Assembly: GCA_965204725.1 (NCBI GenBank)
Contig: OZ242005.1
Location: 1,472,001 to 1,536,000 of the forward strand
From: Candidatus Latescibacterota bacterium
GTDB taxonomy: Bacteria; Latescibacterota; UBA2968; UBA8231
Direction of reading: 5' to 3'
Length of the DNA: 64,000 nucleotides
Positions 1 to 9,430 of the stretch are shown piece by piece. Both the position numbers and the translations under genes were made by a program. Position 1 is the first letter of the stretch. Each line of letters opens with the position of its first letter. Under the pieces are notes generated by a model, which worked only from the letters and a program-made list of their open reading frames with translations, did not search any database and was not told the origin of the DNA.

Positions 1-1443
1 CTTTCCTAGCCAAAAGATATGCGCCCCGGTCTCGACCTCGGTCCACCCCATCGCACGCGGGATATTGCGGTGCTTTCCCAACTTTTCTGGGGCGGCGGTC
101 CGATCCGCAAACCAAGTGAGGTCTCTGTATTCGTTGCTGTAAACCCTGCCCTCAATGCGATTGTTCCGAAGGTAATTCAGGGTCTCGGAATGTTGCCAAC
201 GGGCGGCGTGGTGAAAATGAGCACGGAATCCGATAGCATAAGCTGTGGCGGTAAGACGGAGGTTTTTTTGCGCAGAGAAGCCGATGTGGGTGAGAGCCCC
301 CAGCACGACGAGGGACGCCAACCCGTAGCGGACGGCCACCATCCGGCCCGAAGCCTTGATCGACAGGGACCGATCCAGCAGCAACGCCGCCACCAACAGC
401 AGCGGCACGTATATCGGCATCAGGTAGCGGCTGTCGATGCCCTGCCTAACCGTAAAGGGCACGGTGGCGACCATGAATGCGAGGTAGATCCCGGTGAACG
501 CCCCGAATGGGAGAGCCGGCCCCAAGGCGTCTGGGTCCGGCCGACGACTGGTGCGCAGAATGACCTCGGCGCTGGCGAGGACGACCGCGGCGACCGCCAG
601 CCACAGCAGATATGCAAACCCGTCTGGCGTGTGCCGGGGGACGAGCCATTCGTGGAACACCTCGACGATCTGGCGCAGCCCATCGGATAGGGACTGCCCC
701 GTAGGTTCTGTTCTGTGCCCTGCTGCCCGGGTCAGGTGCCCGGTGGCCGCCCAATTCCGCACCAAGACCGCCAGCAAGGGCAGGGACGAGACCGCGCCAA
801 AGACGAGAGTCTGCCTTAGCCGGGCGCGGGGCAACAGCAGCAGAAGGACGCCGGTGCCGATTAGCACCACGCCCGGATAGCGGGTTATCGCGGCCAGCCC
901 GGTAAAAATCGCCGCCCACCACAGGGGCGCGGCCGTCCTTTGGTTTAGGAAGGACGCCAACTGCATCAAGGCGAGGAGCGTAAACAGGAAGAAGAGGGTC
1001 TCGGTCTGGAGGGAGGACGCCCAATAGCTCAAGGGCAGGGAGACCGCGATGATCGCGGTGGCGGCCAGCGTCAGCCTCTGCGACCTAAGATGCGAGCGCA
1101 GCCAGCACCCGGCGGCGAGGATGGTCAGCCCGAAGGCCGCGGCGTGGACCCACCGAGTCGTCGCCAGCGGATCGATGCCGACCCAACTGCTGGCCGCCAG
1201 CAACAGGGGGATCAAGGGCGGCCACATCGTCAGCGGTTCGCCCTTGAAATCCCGCCAGCCCTCTCCGGCGAGGAAGTTTAGGGCCGTAGAAAGGTAAATG
1301 ACGGAGTCTGTGCCGACCGCGACGCCGTAGGTGGCGGTGCGGACGAGGATGTGGGCGGTGCCCAGCCCGGCGATAAGGGCGATGACAAGCAGGGTGGGGC
1401 GGTCGCGCCAGAATTGGGCGAGCCACTCGAACAAGGAATTCAT
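1..1443 (-). CDS. Array copy 1, GT-C-like membrane protein (3' end beyond window)
   Basis: Not in the ORF track because it runs off the window edge. Translated by hand: ATG at 1443, MNSLFEWLAQFWRDRPTLLVIALIAGLGTAHILVRTATYGVAVGTDSVIYLST..., and the same frame reads WTEVETGAHIFWLGK at position 1. Confidence 0.85.
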   Translation of the reverse strand, partial: MNSLFEWLAQFWRDRPTLLVIALIAGLGTAHILVRTATYGVAVGTDSVIYLSTALNFLAGEGWRDFKGEPLTMWPPLIPLLLAASSWVGIDPLATTRWVHAAAFGLTILAAGCWLRSHLRSQRLTLAATAIIAVSLPLSYWASSLQTETLFFLFTLLALMQLASFLNQRTAAPLWWAAIFTGLAAITRYPGVVLIGTGVLLLLLPRARLRQTLVFGAVSSLPLLAVLVRNWAATGHLTRAAGHRTEPTGQSLSDGLRQIVEVFHEWLVPRHTPDGFAYLLWLAVAAVVLASAEVILRTSRRPDPDALGPALPFGAFTGIYLAFMVATVPFTVRQGIDSRYLMPIYVPLLLVAALLLDRSLSIKASGRMVAVRYGLASLVVLGALTHIGFSAQKNLRLTATAYAIGFRAHFHHAARWQHSETLNYLRNNRIEGRVYSNEYRDLTWFADRTAAPEKLGKHRNIPRAMGWTEVETGAHIFWLGK

Positions 1444-1456
1444 AGGATGGCCTGTA

Positions 1457-3445
1457 TCATCGGCTCGGCGAAAACTCCGCTTCCCAGAGGGTGCGGTCCT
1501 CTTCAGAAATCCACTGGCCGATATGGATGCGGCGAATGGCGTAGGGGGGGAGCCGGATGATTGCCATACACTGGTCGCCGACCCGCTCGCCGCGCCAGTA
1601 AAAATAGAAGTCGAGATTATCCGAATCGTACTGTTGACGGTCGGCTCGCAGGTCGGCTGGGTCGGTGGGGACGACGTGCAAGATGAACTTTGCCTGCACG
1701 TCCGCAGGAGTACACGGCTCTTTGAGATAGGTCAGCCTGCGTCCGGTGCGGTACACGTTCCAGCCAGCGCGAACCACTTGCTCGTCGGCCTGTTGGATGA
1801 GTTGGTTCATGTAGCGTTGTTTGCGGGCGCGATGCTTTTTCGCATCGAAGGGTTCGACCGCCGTGCGGCGGAGGACGAAGCCGTCGGCCAGTTCGGCCAC
1901 GACTTCCACGCCGGACAGGACGCGGATGTCCGTGTCGTCGTGGGTGCGAAACGCTCGATTATAGAATCGATCAAACCAAACGATATGCGCTCCGGCCTCC
2001 ATGTTGGGCCACCGCATCTTCCCCGGGATACTTCGGTGCTTGCCCGGGTCGGCGGCTCGCTTGGCGACCCAAGAAAGCTCTCTGTTGTTGCTGTAAATGC
2101 TGCTGTCGATGTGGTTGTCCCGCAAGTAGTTCAGGGTCACGGACTGTTGCCAGTAGGCGGTGTTGTACATCCAGTCTTTTTCGTATCCGGCGATGTATGC
2201 TTTGGCGGTGATACGGAGGTTTTTTCGCGCTGAGAAGCCGACGTGGGCGAGGGTGGCGAGCACGACGAGGGCCGCTAGTCCGTAGCGGACAGCCCCCATC
2301 CAGCCCGTCGCCTTGAAGGACAGGAATCGGTCCAGCAAGAACACGGCCGTCAACAGCAGCGGCACGTATATCGGCAGCAGGTAGCGGCTATCGACTTCCG
2401 GGTTAGTCGTGAGGGGCATGACGACGATGAGGAATACGAGGTAGAGCACGGCGAATGCCCCGAAAGGGAGAACCGGCCCCAACCCAAAGGATGGCGGCGC
2501 GGCCTCTGGGTCCGACCGACGACCGGCGCGGAAGATGACCACGGCACTGGCGAGGACGACCGCGGCGACCGCCATCCCTAGCAGATACGCAACCCCGTCT
2601 GGCGTGTTCGGGGGGACGATGCTCTCACGGAACACCTCGACGGTCTGGCGCAGCCCAGCGGCTAGGGACTGACCCGAGGACTCTGTTCTGTCCCCTGTCA
2701 CCCGGGTCAGGTTCCCGGTGGCCACCCAATTCCGCGCCAACACCGCCAGTAGGGGCACGGACGAGATCGCGCCAAAGATGAGGGTCTGCTTCAGCCGGGC
2801 GGTGAGCAGCAGGATGAGGACGCTAGTGCCGATCAATGCCACGCCCTCATAGCGGGTTATCGCGGTCAGCGCGGTGAAAATCGCCGCCCACCACAGGGGC
2901 GCGGCTGTCCTCCGGCTGAGGAAGGACGCCAACTGGATCAAGGCGAGGACCGTAAGCAGGGTGAACAGGGGATTGGTTTCGAGGTGGGCCGCCCACCTGT
3001 TCAAGGGCAACGAGGCCGTGAGGGCCGCGGTGGCCGCCAGTGCCAGCCAGCGCGACCGGAGATTGGAGCGCAGATAGCAGCCGGCGGCGAGGATGGTCAG
3101 CCCAAAGGCGGTGGCGTTGATCAACCGACCCGCGGCGACCGGCTCGATGCCGACCCAACCGCCGACCGCCATCAGTAGGGGGAACAAGGGCGGCCATGCC
3201 GTCATCGGGTTGCCCGTGAAATGCCGCCAGCCCTCTCCGGCGAGGAAGTTTGTGGCCGTAGAAAGGAGAATGACGGAGCCCGTGCCGACGGCCGCGCCGT
3301 AGGTGGCGGTGCGGACGAGAACGTGCGCGGTGCCCAGCCCGGCGAGGACGACGATGAGCAGGGTGGTGCGGTCACGCCAGAATTGGGCGATCCACTCGCT
3401 GGCGGAGTGCTTCACCGTAGAAAGGAATTCACTAAAAACAATCAT
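1457..3445 (-). CDS. Array copy 2, GT-C-like membrane protein + C-terminal domain
   Basis: 662-aa ORF, many hydrophobic segments, WPPLFP and RYLLP motifs typical of ArnT/PMT_2-like proteins. Confidence 0.85.
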   Translation of the reverse strand: MIVFSEFLSTVKHSASEWIAQFWRDRTTLLIVVLAGLGTAHVLVRTATYGAAVGTGSVILLSTATNFLAGEGWRHFTGNPMTAWPPLFPLLMAVGGWVGIEPVAAGRLINATAFGLTILAAGCYLRSNLRSRWLALAATAALTASLPLNRWAAHLETNPLFTLLTVLALIQLASFLSRRTAAPLWWAAIFTALTAITRYEGVALIGTSVLILLLTARLKQTLIFGAISSVPLLAVLARNWVATGNLTRVTGDRTESSGQSLAAGLRQTVEVFRESIVPPNTPDGVAYLLGMAVAAVVLASAVVIFRAGRRSDPEAAPPSFGLGPVLPFGAFAVLYLVFLIVVMPLTTNPEVDSRYLLPIYVPLLLTAVFLLDRFLSFKATGWMGAVRYGLAALVVLATLAHVGFSARKNLRITAKAYIAGYEKDWMYNTAYWQQSVTLNYLRDNHIDSSIYSNNRELSWVAKRAADPGKHRSIPGKMRWPNMEAGAHIVWFDRFYNRAFRTHDDTDIRVLSGVEVVAELADGFVLRRTAVEPFDAKKHRARKQRYMNQLIQQADEQVVRAGWNVYRTGRRLTYLKEPCTPADVQAKFILHVVPTDPADLRADRQQYDSDNLDFYFYWRGERVGDQCMAIIRLPPYAIRRIHIGQWISEEDRTLWEAEFSPSR

Positions 3446-3473
3446 TTACCTCAGCCTCCTTTTTGGGGTAACA

Positions 3474-5432
3474 TCACCGGCTGGCCGAAAACTCCGCTTC
3501 CCATAAGGTACGGTCCTCTTCAGAAATCCACTGGCCGGTATAGATGCGGCGAATGGCGTAGGGGGGGAGTCGGATGATTGCCATACACTGGTTGTCGACC
3601 CGCTCGCCGCGCCAGTAGAAATAGAAGTCGAGATTGTCCGAATCGTACTGTTGGCGGTCGGCTCGCAGGTCGGCTGAGTTGGTGGGGACGACGTGCAAGA
3701 TGAACTTTGCCTGCACATCCTCGGGAGCGCACGGCTCTTTGAGATAGGTCAGCTTGCGTCCGGTGCGGTACACGTTCCAGCCGGCGCGGACGACTTGCTC
3801 GTCGGCCTGTTGGATGAGTTGCTCCGCGTAGCGTTGTTTGCGGGCGCGATGCTTTTTTGCATCGAAGGGTTCGACCGCTGTGCGGCGGAGTACGAGGCCG
3901 TCGGCCAGTTCAGCCACGATTTCCACGCCGGACAGGACGCGGAGGTCCGTGTCGTCGTGGGTGCGAAACGCTCGATTATAGAATCGATCAAACCAAACGA
4001 TATGCGCTCCGGCCTCCATGTTGGACCACCGCATCTCCCCGGGGATACTTCGGTGCTTGCCCGGGTCAGCGGCTCGCTTGGCAAACCACGCAAGCTCTCT
4101 GTTGTTGCTGTAAATCCTGCTGTCGATATGGTTGTCCCGCAGATAGTTCAGGGTTTCGGACTGTTGCCAATAGGCGGTGTTGTACATCCAGTCTTTTTCG
4201 TATCCAGCGATGTATGCTTTGGCGGTGATACGGAGGTTTTTTCGCGCTGAGAAGCCGACGTGGGCGAGGGTGGTCAGCACGACGAGGGATACCAGCCCGT
4301 AGCGGACAGCTCCCATCCAGCCCGTCGCCTTGAAGGACAGGAATCGGTCCAGCAAGAACACGGTCGTCAACAGCAGCGGCACGTATATCGGCAGCAGGTA
4401 GCGGCTATCGACGCCCTGCCTAACCGTGAAGGGCACGACGACGATGAGGAATGCGAGGTAGAGCACGGTGAACGCCCCGAAAGGGAGAACCGGCCCCAAC
4501 CCAAAGGCTGGCGGTGCGGCCTCTGGGTCCGACCGACGACCGGCGCGCAGGATTACCGCGGCACTGGCGAGGACGACCGCGGCGACCGCCAGCCCTAACA
4601 GATACGCAAACCCGTCCGGCGCATTCGGGGGGACGATGCTTTCACGGAACACCTCGACGGTCTGGCGCAGCCCAGCGGCTAGGGACTGCCCCGAGGCGTC
4701 TGTTCTGTGCCCTGTCGCCCGGGTCAGGTCCCCGGTGGCCGCCCAATTCCGCACCAATACCGCCAGCAAGGGCACGGACGAGACCGCGCCAAAGACGAGG
4801 ATATACCTTAGCCGAGCGAGGGGCAGCAGTAGCAGGACGGCGGCGGCGATCAGCACCACGCCCGGATAGCGGGTTATCGCGGCCAGCGCGGTGAAAACCG
4901 CCGCCCACCACAAAGGCGAGGCCGTCCGCCGGCTGAGGAAGGATGCCAACTGGATCAAGGCGAGGAGCGTCAACAGGACGAAGAGGAGCTCGGCCTTGAA
5001 ATGGGACCCCCAATGGCTCAAGGACAGGGAGGCCGCGATGGGCGCGGTGGCGACTAGCACCAGCCACCGCGCCTGGAGATGCGAGCGAAGCCAACACCCG
5101 GCAGCGAGGATGGTCAGCCCAAAGGACGCGGCGTTGATCCACCGACCCGTGGCTACTGGATCGATGCCGACCCAACCGCCGGCCGCCAGCAACAGGGGGA
5201 ACAAGGGCGGCCATAATATCAGTGGGCTGCCCGTGAAATGCTGCCAGCCCTCTCCGGCGAGGAAGTTTGTGGCTGTAGAAAGGAAAAGGACGGAGTCCGT
5301 GGTGACGGCCGCGCCGTAGGTGGCGGTGCGGGCGAGGATGTGGGCGGTGCCCAGCCCGGCGATAAAGACGATGAGCAGCGCGAAGGGGTCGCGCCCGAGC
5401 CGGACGATCTTCTCAAATGCGGAGTGCTTCAT
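3474..5432 (-). CDS. Array copy 3
   Basis: 652-aa ORF; C-terminal half nearly identical to copy 2. Confidence 0.85.
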   Translation of the reverse strand: MKHSAFEKIVRLGRDPFALLIVFIAGLGTAHILARTATYGAAVTTDSVLFLSTATNFLAGEGWQHFTGSPLILWPPLFPLLLAAGGWVGIDPVATGRWINAASFGLTILAAGCWLRSHLQARWLVLVATAPIAASLSLSHWGSHFKAELLFVLLTLLALIQLASFLSRRTASPLWWAAVFTALAAITRYPGVVLIAAAVLLLLPLARLRYILVFGAVSSVPLLAVLVRNWAATGDLTRATGHRTDASGQSLAAGLRQTVEVFRESIVPPNAPDGFAYLLGLAVAAVVLASAAVILRAGRRSDPEAAPPAFGLGPVLPFGAFTVLYLAFLIVVVPFTVRQGVDSRYLLPIYVPLLLTTVFLLDRFLSFKATGWMGAVRYGLVSLVVLTTLAHVGFSARKNLRITAKAYIAGYEKDWMYNTAYWQQSETLNYLRDNHIDSRIYSNNRELAWFAKRAADPGKHRSIPGEMRWSNMEAGAHIVWFDRFYNRAFRTHDDTDLRVLSGVEIVAELADGLVLRRTAVEPFDAKKHRARKQRYAEQLIQQADEQVVRAGWNVYRTGRKLTYLKEPCAPEDVQAKFILHVVPTNSADLRADRQQYDSDNLDFYFYWRGERVDNQCMAIIRLPPYAIRRIYTGQWISEEDRTLWEAEFSASR

Positions 5433-5456
5433 TTCAAGTCATGTAGGATTGCTATA

Positions 5457-7463
5457 TCACCGGCTCGGCGTCAACTCCGCTTCCCAGAGGGTGCGGTTCT
5501 CTGCGGAAATCCACTGGCCGATATGGATGCGGTCTATGGCGTAGGCGGGGAGGCGGACGATTGCCACGCACTGGTCGCCGAGATAGGAGCCGCGCCAGTC
5601 GAAGTAGAAGTCGAGATTTTCAGAACCGTACTGTTGGCGGTTCGCTGGCAGGTCGGCCAAGTCGGTAGGGACGACGTGCAGAACGAATTTCGCTTGGACG
5701 TCCGCGGGGACGCACGGCTCTTTGAAATAGATCAGCTCGTGTGTCGTGCGGTACACGTTCCAGCCGGCGCGGACTACCCGCTCGTCGGCTTGTTGGATGA
5801 GTTGCTGCACATAGCGTTGTTTCCGAGCGTGATGTCTTTTCCCATCGAAGGGTTCGGCTGCTGTGCGGCGGAACACGACGCCGTCGGCTAGGTCGGCCAA
5901 GGTTTCCATGCCGGACAGGGCGCGGAGGTCGAGGTCGTCGTAGCCGTAAAAACCTCGATAATGGAACGCCCGGAACCAAAGAATATGCGCCCCGGCCTCG
6001 ATCTCGGTCCACCTCGTCGTCTCCGGGATATTGCGGTGCTTTCCCGGGGCGGCGGTCCGCTCCCAAAACCAAGTAAGGTCTTTGTAGAAGTTGCTGTAAA
6101 TCGTGCCCTCTATGCGGTTGTCCCGCAGGTAGTTCAGGGTCTCGGATTGTTGCCAACGGGCGGTGTTGTAAGCGTGGGACGGGAATCCGGTGGCATAAGC
6201 TCGGGTGGTAAGACGGAGGTTCCTGTGTACGGAGAAGCATAAGTGGGCGAGGGTGGCGAGCAAGACGAGGGGCACCAGCCCGTAGCGTCCGGCCCCCGTC
6301 CGGCCCGCTGCCTCAATGGATAGGAACCGATCCAGCAGGAACACGGCCGTCAATAGCAGCGGCACGTATATCGGCAACAGGTAGCGGCCGTCGATGATCT
6401 GAGTAACCGTGAAGGGCACGACGACGATGAGGAATGCGGGATAGCTCAAGGCGAACACTCCGAACGGGAGCGCCGGCCCCAAGCGGAGATAGGCCGGGGC
6501 GGCCTCTGGGTCCGACCGACGACCGCGCAGGATGACCACCGCGCTGGCGAGGACGACCGCGGCGACCGCCAGCCACAGCAGATACGCAAACCCATCCGGC
6601 ATGTTCCGGGGGACGATATACTCGCGGAACGCCTCCACGGTCTGGCGTAGCCCATCGGCGAGGGACTGCCCCGAAGGATCTAGTATGTCCCCGGCGAAGG
6701 ACTGGTCCGTAGGCGTTCTGTCGCCTGTTGCCCGGGTCAGGTTTCCGGTGGCCGCCCAATTCCGCACCAGCACCGCCAGCAAGGGCACAGACGAAATCGC
6801 GCCAAAGACGAGGGTATGCCTTAGCCGAGCGAGAAGCAGTAGTAGCAGGACGCCGACGCCGATCAACACCACGCCCGGATAGCGGGTTATCGCGGCCAGC
6901 GCGGTGAAAACCGCCGCCCACAACAGGGGGGGCCAAGCCGTCCGCCGGTTGAGGAAGGTCGCCAACTGGATCAAGGCGAGGAGCGCGAACAGGATGAAGA
7001 GGGGGTCGGTTCGGATGCGGGGTGCCCAATGGCTCAAGGGCAGGGAGGTCGCGAGGAGCGCGGTCGCGGCCAGCACCAGCCACTGCGACCTAAGATGCGA
7101 GCGCAGCCAGCACCCGGCGGCGAGGATGGTCAGCCCAAAGGCGGTGGCGTTGACCCATCGACCCGTCGCCAGCGGATCGATGCCGACCCAACTGCTGGCC
7201 GCCAGCAACAGGGGGAACAAGGGCGGCCATAAGGTCAGCGGCCTGCCTATGAAATCCCGCCAGCCCTCTCCGGCGAGGAAGTTCAGGGCCGTAGAGAGGA
7301 AAAACGTGGAGTCTCTGTCTATCCCCGCACCGTAGGTAGCGGTGCGGACGAGGATGTGTGCGGTGCCCAGCCCGGCGAGGACGACGATGAGCAGGGTGGT
7401 GTGGTCGCGCCCGAACCGGGCGAGCCGCTTCACCGCAGAAAGGAATTCATTAAAACCAATCAT
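5457..7463 (-). CDS. Array copy 4
   Basis: 668-aa ORF, same motifs; insertion TPTDQSFAGDILDP. Confidence 0.85.
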   Translation of the reverse strand: MIGFNEFLSAVKRLARFGRDHTTLLIVVLAGLGTAHILVRTATYGAGIDRDSTFFLSTALNFLAGEGWRDFIGRPLTLWPPLFPLLLAASSWVGIDPLATGRWVNATAFGLTILAAGCWLRSHLRSQWLVLAATALLATSLPLSHWAPRIRTDPLFILFALLALIQLATFLNRRTAWPPLLWAAVFTALAAITRYPGVVLIGVGVLLLLLLARLRHTLVFGAISSVPLLAVLVRNWAATGNLTRATGDRTPTDQSFAGDILDPSGQSLADGLRQTVEAFREYIVPRNMPDGFAYLLWLAVAAVVLASAVVILRGRRSDPEAAPAYLRLGPALPFGVFALSYPAFLIVVVPFTVTQIIDGRYLLPIYVPLLLTAVFLLDRFLSIEAAGRTGAGRYGLVPLVLLATLAHLCFSVHRNLRLTTRAYATGFPSHAYNTARWQQSETLNYLRDNRIEGTIYSNFYKDLTWFWERTAAPGKHRNIPETTRWTEIEAGAHILWFRAFHYRGFYGYDDLDLRALSGMETLADLADGVVFRRTAAEPFDGKRHHARKQRYVQQLIQQADERVVRAGWNVYRTTHELIYFKEPCVPADVQAKFVLHVVPTDLADLPANRQQYGSENLDFYFDWRGSYLGDQCVAIVRLPAYAIDRIHIGQWISAENRTLWEAELTPSR

Positions 7464-7514
7464 TTACGTCGGCATTCTTTTGCGAGTTTCCAACGGACGT
7501 TCGGGCGTCCGGCA

Positions 7515-9413
7515 TCACCGGCCCCCCGAAAACTCCGCTTCCCAGAGGGTGCGGTTCTCTGAGGAAATCCACTGGCCGATATGGATGCGGCTGATGGCGT
7601 AAGCGGGGAGCGGGACGAGCGCGATACATTGGTCGGCTACCCGCTCGCCGTGCCAGTCGAAATGGAAGTCGAGATTTTCAGAACCGTATCGTTTGCGGTG
7701 GGCTGGCAGGTTCATCGGGTCAGTGGGGACGAGGTGCAAGACGAACTTCGCCTGTATGTCCGCAGGGGCGCACGGCTCTTTGCGGTAGATCAGCTTGCGT
7801 TTCGTGCGGTACACGCCCCAGCCGGCGCGAACCACTCGCTCGCTCGCCTGTTGGATGAGTTGCTGCACATAGCGTTGTTTGCGGGCATGATGCCTTTTCT
7901 CATCGAAGGGTTCGGTTGCCGTGCGGCGGAGGACGAGGCCGTCGGCCAGTTCGGCTACGGTTTCCACGCCGGGCAGGACGCGGAGGTCTGTGTCGTCGTA
8001 GCCGAGAAAAGATCGCTGAGAGCCTCTATCAAACCAAACGATATGCACTCCAGCCTCGATCTCGGGCCACCGCAGCCTACGCGAGAGGTTTCGGTACTTG
8101 CCCGGGGCGGCCCTATCCGCAAGCCAAGCAAGTGCTCTGTAGTTGGTGTAAATCGTGCCCTCGATATGATTGTCTCGCAGGTAGTTCAGAATCTTGGAGT
8201 GTTGCCAACGGGCGATGTTGTGCGTCCAGTCTTGTTCGTATCCAGTTCGCCATGCTTGGGCGGTAAGAATGAGGTTTTTTCGCGCCGAGAAGCCGACGTG
8301 GGCGAGGGTGGCCAGCAAGACGAGGGCCGCGAGACCGTAGCGGATGGCCGCCATCCGGCCCGCCGCCTCAATGGATAGGAATTGGTCCAGCAAGAACACG
8401 GCCGTCAACAGCAGCGGCACGTATATCGGCAGCAGGTAGCGGCTGTCGATGCCCTGATAAACCGTGAGGGGCGCGACCGCGACCATGAATACGAGGTAGG
8501 TCAAGGCGAATCCCCCGAAAGGGAGCGCTGGCCCTAAGCGGACATATACCGGCGCGGCCTCTGGGGCGGCGCGGAGGACGACCACCACGCCAGCGAGGAC
8601 GACCGCGGCGACGGCCAGCCCCAGCAGATACGCCAACCCGTCCGGCGCGTTGGGGGGGACGACCCACGTGCGGAACACCTCGATGGCTTGGCCCAGCCCA
8701 GCGGATAGGGACTGCCCCGAGGGATAGCGGTCCCCTGTGGCTTGAGTCAGGCTCCCGATGGCCGCCCAATTCCGCGCCAATACCGCTAGCAAGGGCAGGG
8801 ACGAGATCGCGCCAAAGACGAGGGTGTGTTTAGGCCGGGCAAGAGGCCACAGGATGAGGACGCCGGCGGCGATTAGAGCCACGCCCGGATAGCGGGTCAG
8901 GGCGGCCAGCGCGGTGAAAACCGCCGCCCACAACAGGGGGGGCCACACCGTCCGCCGGTTGAGGAAGGACGCCAACTGGATCAAGGCGAGGAGCGGGAAT
9001 AGGACGAAGAGGGGCTCGGTGATGTGGTAGGACGCGAAATGGGTGAGGGGCAGGGAAGCCGCGAGGGTCGCGGTAGCGGCCAGTGCCAGCAGCCGCGACC
9101 GGAGATTCGAGCGCAGCCAGCACCCGGCGGCGAGGATGGTCAGCCCGAAGGCGGTGGCGTTGATCCACCGACCCGCCTCTAGCGGATCGACGCCGACCCA
9201 AGCGAGGGCCGCTAACAGCAGGGGGAACAAGGGCGGCCATCCTGTCAGCGGCCTACCCGTGAAATATCGCCAGCCTTCTCCCTCGAGGAAGTTCAGGGCC
9301 GTGGACATGAAAACGATGGAGTCCGAGTTGAGCACTGCGCCGTAGGTGGCGGTGCGGACGAGGATGTGCGCGGTGCCCAGCCCGGCGAGGACGACGATGG
9401 TAAGAACAATCAT
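7515..9413 (-). CDS. Array copy 5
   Basis: ORF 7515-9545; start trimmed to ATG 9413 (MIVLTIVVLAGLG) by alignment with paralogs. Confidence 0.8.
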   Translation of the reverse strand: MIVLTIVVLAGLGTAHILVRTATYGAVLNSDSIVFMSTALNFLEGEGWRYFTGRPLTGWPPLFPLLLAALAWVGVDPLEAGRWINATAFGLTILAAGCWLRSNLRSRLLALAATATLAASLPLTHFASYHITEPLFVLFPLLALIQLASFLNRRTVWPPLLWAAVFTALAALTRYPGVALIAAGVLILWPLARPKHTLVFGAISSLPLLAVLARNWAAIGSLTQATGDRYPSGQSLSAGLGQAIEVFRTWVVPPNAPDGLAYLLGLAVAAVVLAGVVVVLRAAPEAAPVYVRLGPALPFGGFALTYLVFMVAVAPLTVYQGIDSRYLLPIYVPLLLTAVFLLDQFLSIEAAGRMAAIRYGLAALVLLATLAHVGFSARKNLILTAQAWRTGYEQDWTHNIARWQHSKILNYLRDNHIEGTIYTNYRALAWLADRAAPGKYRNLSRRLRWPEIEAGVHIVWFDRGSQRSFLGYDDTDLRVLPGVETVAELADGLVLRRTATEPFDEKRHHARKQRYVQQLIQQASERVVRAGWGVYRTKRKLIYRKEPCAPADIQAKFVLHLVPTDPMNLPAHRKRYGSENLDFHFDWHGERVADQCIALVPLPAYAISRIHIGQWISSENRTLWEAEFSGGR

Positions 9414-9430
9414 TTGCGTCGGTGTCCTTA

